Positions 27,033-32,000 of a stretch of 32,000 nucleotides of DNA are shown piece by piece. The translations under genes and the position numbers were made by a program. Source of the stretch: Thermosulfurimonas dismutans (GTDB lineage: Bacteria; Desulfobacterota; Thermodesulfobacteria; Thermodesulfobacteriales; Thermodesulfobacteriaceae); the NCBI RefSeq assembly GCF_001652585.1, contig NZ_LWLG01000003.1, positions 1-32,000 on the forward strand, in the 5' to 3' direction. The notes beneath the pieces were generated by a model, which was not told the origin of the DNA, made no database searches, and saw only the letters and a list, made by a program, of their open reading frames with translations. Every line of letters starts with the position of its first letter. The first letter of the stretch is position 1.

Positions 27033-28463
27033 ATGGGTTACTATCAGATGAAATGTGATGCCTGCATCCCTGAAAGGGTAAAGCATGTTTGCATCGTAGA
27101 TGAGGACAGGAAGACCATACCCAGATGTAATGCTCCTACCGTACCGGGTGATCTTACGGAGCGTGGGTGAGCCTTTGCCGGGGCCCGCGGGGTCGTGGGC
27201 GGACCAATTACGGATGTAATTCAGATGATACACGCCCCGGTAGGCTGCGGTTATTACACTTGGGGCACGCGCCGCCATCTAGGAGACGTTTACAACTGGG
27301 CCGCTCCCGGAGTGCTTGAAAATGAGGCCAACCATCGCCGCCACTGTTACACCACGGCCATGACCGAGCAAGATATCATTTTCGGCGGTGCGGAAAAACT
27401 GAAGAGGGCCCTACTTGAGGCCTTTCGTATCAATCCCGGTGCTCAGGGAGCCATTATCTATAACACCTGTTCCACCGCCCTTATCGGGGATGACATCGAA
27501 CAGGTGGCTCGAGAGGTATCCGCAATGGTGGGCAAACCCGTCTTTGCTTGTGCCTCTCCGGGTTTTTGTGGAGTCTCTCAGTCCAAGGGACACCATGAAT
27601 TTAACACTCAGTTTTACCGGTGGCTCCTCAAGTATCGTGAGAAACATCCGGAAGTATGTATGAAGGAAGAGGAGAAGACACCCTACGATGTTAATCTCAT
27701 CGGTGATTACAACATTGACTGGGACTTGGTTACGGTAGTGCCGCTTTTTGAGAAGTTGGGTCTGCGGATACTTAATGTCTTTACGGGGAATGCCCGTCTT
27801 AAGGACCTTTTTAAACTTCCAGATGCCAAATTGAATATTGTTCACTGTCAACGTTCGGCTACCTACATCGCGGAACTTCTAAAGGAGGGCTATGAGATTC
27901 CTTTTGTCCGTGTGAGCCTCTTCGGAATCTCCCAGACCGCAAAGTCGCTTCGAGATGTAGCGGCCTGGTTCGGAGAAGAGAAGATGAAGCGTCGGGCCGA
28001 GGAAATTATCGAGGAGGAGACCGCGGCTATAGAGAAGGCTCTTTCCTGGTATCGGGAAAGACTTTCCGGAAAGCGGGTGGCCATTTATGTGGGAGCTCCA
28101 CGGGTATGGCACTGGCCAAAGGTAATGGAGGAACTAGGGATGGAGGTGGTGGCCTGTATGACCACCTTTGGACACAAAGAGGACTATGAGAAGATCGTCC
28201 AACGCGTAAAACCGGGAACTCTCGTTATCGATAATCCCAACGAGTTCGAGATCGAAGAGATGATCGAGACTTGTAAACCCGATCTTTTCCTCACCGGTCT
28301 CAAGGAGAAGTATCTTGTGCGTAAGTTCGGGGTGCCGACCCTCAATTCACATTCTTACGAAGCCGGGCCGTACGCTGGTTTCCGCGGGTTTGTGAACTTT
28401 GCTCGAGACATTTACCAAGCGGTTTGTGCCCCGGTATGGCGACTCGCCCGTAACGAAATTTAA
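27033..28463 (+). CDS. nifD: nitrogenase MoFe protein alpha chain NifD, interrupted by an in-frame TGA at codon 46 (Sec candidate or pseudogene)
   Basis: ATG 27033 with an AAGGAGGG Shine-Dalgarno. Translation ...[46 protein letters not shown] runs in frame with the track ORF 27195..28463. The cofactor and cluster residues are present (HAPVGCG, CSTALIGDDI, VHCQRSATY, NSHSYEAGPY). Confidence 0.85.
27183..27200 (+). promoter_or_regulatory. candidate SECIS-like stem-loop downstream of the nifD TGA
   Basis: GCCCGC-GGGGTC-GTGGGC. It forms 6 bp (one G-U), or 7 bp with a GGGU tetraloop. It starts 12 nt after the TGA and has a G-rich apical loop. It could also be a chance hairpin in GC-rich coding DNA. 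Confidence 0.3.
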
Positions 28464-28483
28464 AACTTTTGGGGAGGTGAATC

Positions 28484-29956
28484 ATGATAAACCACGTATC
28501 GGAAATACCCATAGAAGGGATAACCTATAAACAACTCCGCATAGAAAAGAAGCCTTTGACGCCGGAATATGTTCCACCACCTCCGGAGCTGGTGCCGGCA
28601 GCCAAACGGGCAGTTTGCATTGATCCCAGCCGCACCTGTATGCCCTTCGGGGCCATGTGGGCTACGTTGGGGGTACATAGGGCTATTCCTTTTGTACAGG
28701 GAGCCCAGGGTTGTACCACTTACGTGCGCTATACTTTTTCCCGTATTTTCCGTGAACCGGCTTCTATCGCTACGGCCTCCTTTCATGAAGATGCCGCGGT
28801 CTTCGGTGGCCGTAAGAACCTTATTCGCGGAGTGCGGAACTTGGTCTGCCGCTATAAACCGGAGCTCATCGCTATCGTTACCACCTGTTCAAGTGAGGTC
28901 ATCGGAGATGACATCCAGAGTTTTCTTGCCGAGGCCCAGGACCTTATGGAGGAAGAATTCGGACCGGAGGTGCTTGATCTTACGAAGTTTGTGGTGGTAA
29001 ACACTCCGAGCTTTGCCGGATCCCATGTGGAGGGCTACAACCGGGCCGCACATGAGTTCCTCAAGGCCCTTTCACGCAAGAGCGGTCAACCTTCCGAAGA
29101 CCTATACTTCATCCCTGGATTTCTCATGCCCGGAGATTTGCGGGAGTTAAAACATCTCTTTGAGCTCATGGGGGTATCCTATCATATCCTCTTTGATATA
29201 AGTGATACTCTCGACTGTCCGCTGGTGGGTATGCCCAACAAGATCCCCTATTATCCTCCGGGAGGTACCCGGGTAGAGGAGTTCGTGCGGGCCGGAGATG
29301 CGAAGGCTATTTTCGCTCTTTCGCCGGATGCCGGGGGAGCCGGTGCGAAATGGCTTTCCCGTCGTCACAAGGTATCGGCCTTTGTGCTTCCCATGCCTAT
29401 AGGGGTGGGCAATACCGATGAGCTCCTCAAAACGGTAAGTGAGGTCTCGGGGCGGCCCATTCCGGAGGCTATACGCTGGGAACGGGGCATCCTCCTTGAC
29501 GCCATGGCCGATACCCTGCACTACACCATGATGAAACGGGTAGCCATCTGCGGTGACCCGGATTTTGCGGCAGCGGCCACGCGCTTCGTCTGCGAACTCG
29601 GTATGATTCCAACTTACATTCTCGTGGGTACCAAGAGTTCTTCGGCTGCGGAAGAGATTTGGAAAGTATGTGAGGAATATAATTACAAACCGGTCATCAT
29701 GAACGGTAGCGACCAGTTCGAATGGGAGTACGCCCTTAAGAACGACAAGCCAGATGTGATCTTGGGACACTCGCGATGTGTAAATATTTCGAAAGAGATA
29801 AGGGTGCCGCTTGTCCGGTTTGGTTTTCCGGTTTATGACCGGATAGGCTATCAACGGGAACCCATCGTGGGCTATCGGGGGGGAGAACGTTTTCTGGCCC
29901 GGATCGTAAACGCCATCCTGGATCATCACTATCCGGACGACCGGACGCATCAGTAA
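28484..29956 (+). CDS. nifK: nitrogenase MoFe protein beta chain NifK
   Basis: 490 aa. P-cluster ligand contexts CMPFGAMWATLG, QGAQGCTTYVRYTF, TTCSSEVIGDDI. GGGGAGGTG Shine-Dalgarno. Follows nifD. Confidence 0.93.
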   Translation: MINHVSEIPIEGITYKQLRIEKKPLTPEYVPPPPELVPAAKRAVCIDPSRTCMPFGAMWATLGVHRAIPFVQGAQGCTTYVRYTFSRIFREPASIATASFHEDAAVFGGRKNLIRGVRNLVCRYKPELIAIVTTCSSEVIGDDIQSFLAEAQDLMEEEFGPEVLDLTKFVVVNTPSFAGSHVEGYNRAAHEFLKALSRKSGQPSEDLYFIPGFLMPGDLRELKHLFELMGVSYHILFDISDTLDCPLVGMPNKIPYYPPGGTRVEEFVRAGDAKAIFALSPDAGGAGAKWLSRRHKVSAFVLPMPIGVGNTDELLKTVSEVSGRPIPEAIRWERGILLDAMADTLHYTMMKRVAICGDPDFAAAATRFVCELGMIPTYILVGTKSSSAAEEIWKVCEEYNYKPVIMNGSDQFEWEYALKNDKPDVILGHSRCVNISKEIRVPLVRFGFPVYDRIGYQREPIVGYRGGERFLARIVNAILDHHYPDDRTHQ

Positions 29957-29967
29957 AGGAGAATAGA

Positions 29968-31242
29968 ATGAGGTCTTGCGGAAATTACGGCTGTATGCCT
30001 TTGAGAATTAAGCCCTGCGGTCTTGCGAGCGAACCTGGGGGCATGACCCAGCGAAGCTGCGTTTATTTCGGCGCCCGCTATGTGCTTGGGCCGATACGGG
30101 AGGCGGTGCATCTGGTGCATGGCCCCGTGGGCTGCGGTTACTATGGAGCTATGGTCCGGGGGGAGGCCAAAGACCTCTTTGGAACCGCACTTACAGCCGG
30201 AGAGATTATTTTTGGAGGTCTTGATAAACTGAGGAAGGCCCTGCATGAGGCCTTTGCCCTTAGACCCTCGGCCCGCGGGGCCTTTTTGTACGCTACCTGC
30301 ACAACGGGGCTTATCGGGGAAGATCTTGCAGGCCTTGCCCGCGAAATCGAGAGAGAATCTGGACGCAGGATCGTGGTGGTGGACTGTCCGGGGTTTTCCG
30401 GAAAGAGCCAGGCCGGGGGCCACGCTGTGGCCTACCGGAGTTTACTTAACTTGGTTCGGCCCTTTTCCAAGGCCGAGCACCCCACGGTAAACCTCATCGG
30501 AGAGTACAATGTAGCTGGAGAGGCCCGGGAGATAAAACGACTTCTTGAGAAACTTGGGGTTAAGGTCCACACGGTGCTTACCGGTGATACCCGTTTTTCG
30601 GAGATAGAGCGACTTTCCCGGGCTCATCTGAATCTCCTTTTCTGCGGTTCAACCGCTAGGGAGTTTGCCTCGGCCCTGAAGGAGCGATTTGGTCTTCCCT
30701 ACCTAAAGGTCTCCTTTTATGGGCTTTCGGCCGTGGGGGCTTCTCTTCGGAAGGTAGGAGAGGCCTTGGGCCTCTCTTCTGACAAGGTGGAGGATCTGAT
30801 TCGGGAGGAGGAGACCCGGACCTTTAGGGAGATAAGGTCCTGGCTTAAACTCTTTTCCGGAAAAAGAGTACTGGTGGTACTTGGGGCCGGGAGACTGGGA
30901 CCCTTAGGGAGAATGCTTAGAGAACTCGGCTTTGAGGTCATAGGGGCGGCTTCGGTCTTCGGGAGCTCCGAAGATCACCAAGAGGCCGCTCCCTTTTCCG
31001 GTTTTCTTACCGATGATCCCGGAGATGACGAATTTGAAAGGGCCCTTTCTATGCTTAAGCCCGATCTCGTGATCACCAACGCCCGAGAGCAGTGGCGAGC
31101 GGTAAAACTTGGTTTTCCCACCCTCTCTTTTCCTCAAGAGCGCAGACGCGGCCCCTACACCGGTTATCAAGGTTTTGTCAATTTTGTTTATAGTTTGGTC
31201 CGCGTTCTTCGGGCTCCGGTGTGGCGCCTCAAAGCCCTATAA
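29968..31242 (+). CDS. nifE: nitrogenase cofactor scaffold protein NifE-like
   Basis: 424 aa, a NifD/NifE-family paralogue. RSCVYFGARYVLGPIREAVHLVHGPVGCG, ATCTTGLIGEDL, LLFCGS. Position after nifK. No nifN follows. Confidence 0.8.
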   Translation: MRSCGNYGCMPLRIKPCGLASEPGGMTQRSCVYFGARYVLGPIREAVHLVHGPVGCGYYGAMVRGEAKDLFGTALTAGEIIFGGLDKLRKALHEAFALRPSARGAFLYATCTTGLIGEDLAGLAREIERESGRRIVVVDCPGFSGKSQAGGHAVAYRSLLNLVRPFSKAEHPTVNLIGEYNVAGEAREIKRLLEKLGVKVHTVLTGDTRFSEIERLSRAHLNLLFCGSTAREFASALKERFGLPYLKVSFYGLSAVGASLRKVGEALGLSSDKVEDLIREEETRTFREIRSWLKLFSGKRVLVVLGAGRLGPLGRMLRELGFEVIGAASVFGSSEDHQEAAPFSGFLTDDPGDDEFERALSMLKPDLVITNAREQWRAVKLGFPTLSFPQERRRGPYTGYQGFVNFVYSLVRVLRAPVWRLKAL

Positions 31243-31350
31243 CCTGAACCGCAAAAAGTTCCCTCGCCAAAGACCTTACCTACTTATAAAACCATCTCGA
31301 AAGGATCATTTTCGGCCTTTTTAAGTTACTTTTTGTCACTTTTGTAAACT

Positions 31351-31369
31351 ACATTATTAACAATAATGT
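31351..31369. promoter_or_regulatory. perfect 8-3-8 palindrome upstream of amt (candidate activator/operator site)
   Basis: ACATTATT-AAC-AATAATGT, about 70 bp upstream of the candidate sigma-54 promoter. Confidence 0.35.
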
Positions 31370-31436
31370 CATAAAAATCGTTAAGCTGCTTTCATTAAAT
31401 CCTTCTAGGGCTATTCGTTACAGTAATTTTCATATT

Positions 31437-31452
31437 TGGCATAAATCTTGTA
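31437..31452 (+). promoter_or_regulatory. candidate sigma-54 promoter for amt
   Basis: TGGCAT-AAATC-TTGTA. The -24 box is good; the -12 box has GT instead of GC. Lies 36 nt before the amt ATG. Confidence 0.45.
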
Positions 31453-31487
31453 TTCAAGATTGGTAAAAACGAAGGAGGAGGTAGGGT

Positions 31488-32000
31488 ATGGAGAGTGGCA
31501 GGTTTTATTCGGGTAAAAGGGTTGGGCCGATTTTATCGGCGGTGTTTTTACTGGGCTCAGGGATGGCCCTGGCCGGGGACCCCACCGGGGCCGAAACCCT
31601 GAAGTCCGACCCCGGGCTTCCGGTGGACTATGTCTGGGTGTTGGTGTGCGGATTCTTGGTGATGTTCATGCAGGCGGGCTTTGCCTGTGTGGAGGCCGGT
31701 TTCTGCCGGGCCAAGAATGCCACCAATCTCTTAACCAAGAACCTCATGGACTTTGTGGTGGGGGCACTGGTTTTCTGGGCCGTGGGTTATGCCCTGATTA
31801 CCGGCACGGACTGGAAGGGCCTCATCGGGACTTCGGGCTTTTTCCTCTCTGGTGAGGGTTACGATGTCGGCAACTACCTTTCCTTTTTCTGGCAGATGGT
31901 CTTTGCCGCCACGGCGGCGACCATCGTCTCAGGGGCCGTGGCCGAACGTATCAAGTTTCAGGCCTATCTCCTTTATTCCATAGCGATTACCGGTTTCATC
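31488..32000 (+). CDS. amt: ammonium transporter (Amt family), 3'-partial at window end
   Basis: Not in the track (no stop in the window). ATG 31488 after GAAGGAGGAGG. Signal-like N-terminus, then VLVCGFLVMFMQAGFACVEAGFCRAKNATNLLTKNLMDF...AATAATIVSGAVAERIKF, the Amt signature. Confidence 0.9.
   Translation, partial: MESGRFYSGKRVGPILSAVFLLGSGMALAGDPTGAETLKSDPGLPVDYVWVLVCGFLVMFMQAGFACVEAGFCRAKNATNLLTKNLMDFVVGALVFWAVGYALITGTDWKGLIGTSGFFLSGEGYDVGNYLSFFWQMVFAATAATIVSGAVAERIKFQAYLLYSIAITGFI

Noticed and set aside
27195-28463. Treating the GTG-initiated 422-aa ORF as the complete nifD.
   Set aside because: NifD homology ([14 protein letters not shown], then AFAGARGVV) continues upstream in the same frame across a single TGA to a well-positioned ATG and Shine-Dalgarno at 27033. 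The GTG also lies inside the hairpin and has no Shine-Dalgarno.
31109-31855. Track ORFs 31109-31324 (+) and 31646-31855 (+).
   Set aside because: The first overlaps the nifE 3' end out of frame and runs into the intergenic region. The second is out of frame within the clearly recognisable amt coding sequence that starts at 31488.

Overview
The window has four parts. (1) 1-15.3 kb, + strand: the conserved S10-spc-alpha ribosomal superoperon, rpsJ through rplQ, including secY, adk, map, infA and rpoA. It looks ordinary apart from a long acidic tail on L17. (2) About 15.39-20.2 kb: a visibly AT-rich accessory island that I read as a decayed chromosomal integron. Five GC-rich attC-like imperfect palindromes delimit minus-strand cassettes. 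They lie divergent from a truncated, frameshifted integron-integrase remnant. The cassettes encode a RelE/ParE toxin-antitoxin pair, a 37-aa micro-ORF, a 288-aa protein with class-III-nucleotidyl-cyclase-like motifs, a small two-TM protein plus LemA, and a 366-aa STAS-like plus GHKL/HATPase protein. These uncharacterised cassettes are the best place here to look for a new (possibly anti-phage or stress) system. (3) A cca (CCA-adding enzyme) gene. (4) A compact nitrogen-fixation cluster: nifV-nifA on the minus strand, divergent from nifH-nifI1-nifI2-nifB-nifD-nifK-nifE, with sigma-54 promoters, followed by a 3'-partial ammonium transporter gene. The most striking nucleotide-level observation is an in-frame TGA in nifD at the column of the conserved P-cluster cysteine (ERG-C-AFAG). 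A stem-loop starts 12 nt downstream. This is either a selenocysteine recoding candidate or a nonsense lesion or sequencing error. No nifN is present in the window. All calls rest on motif recognition by eye; no database search was run.
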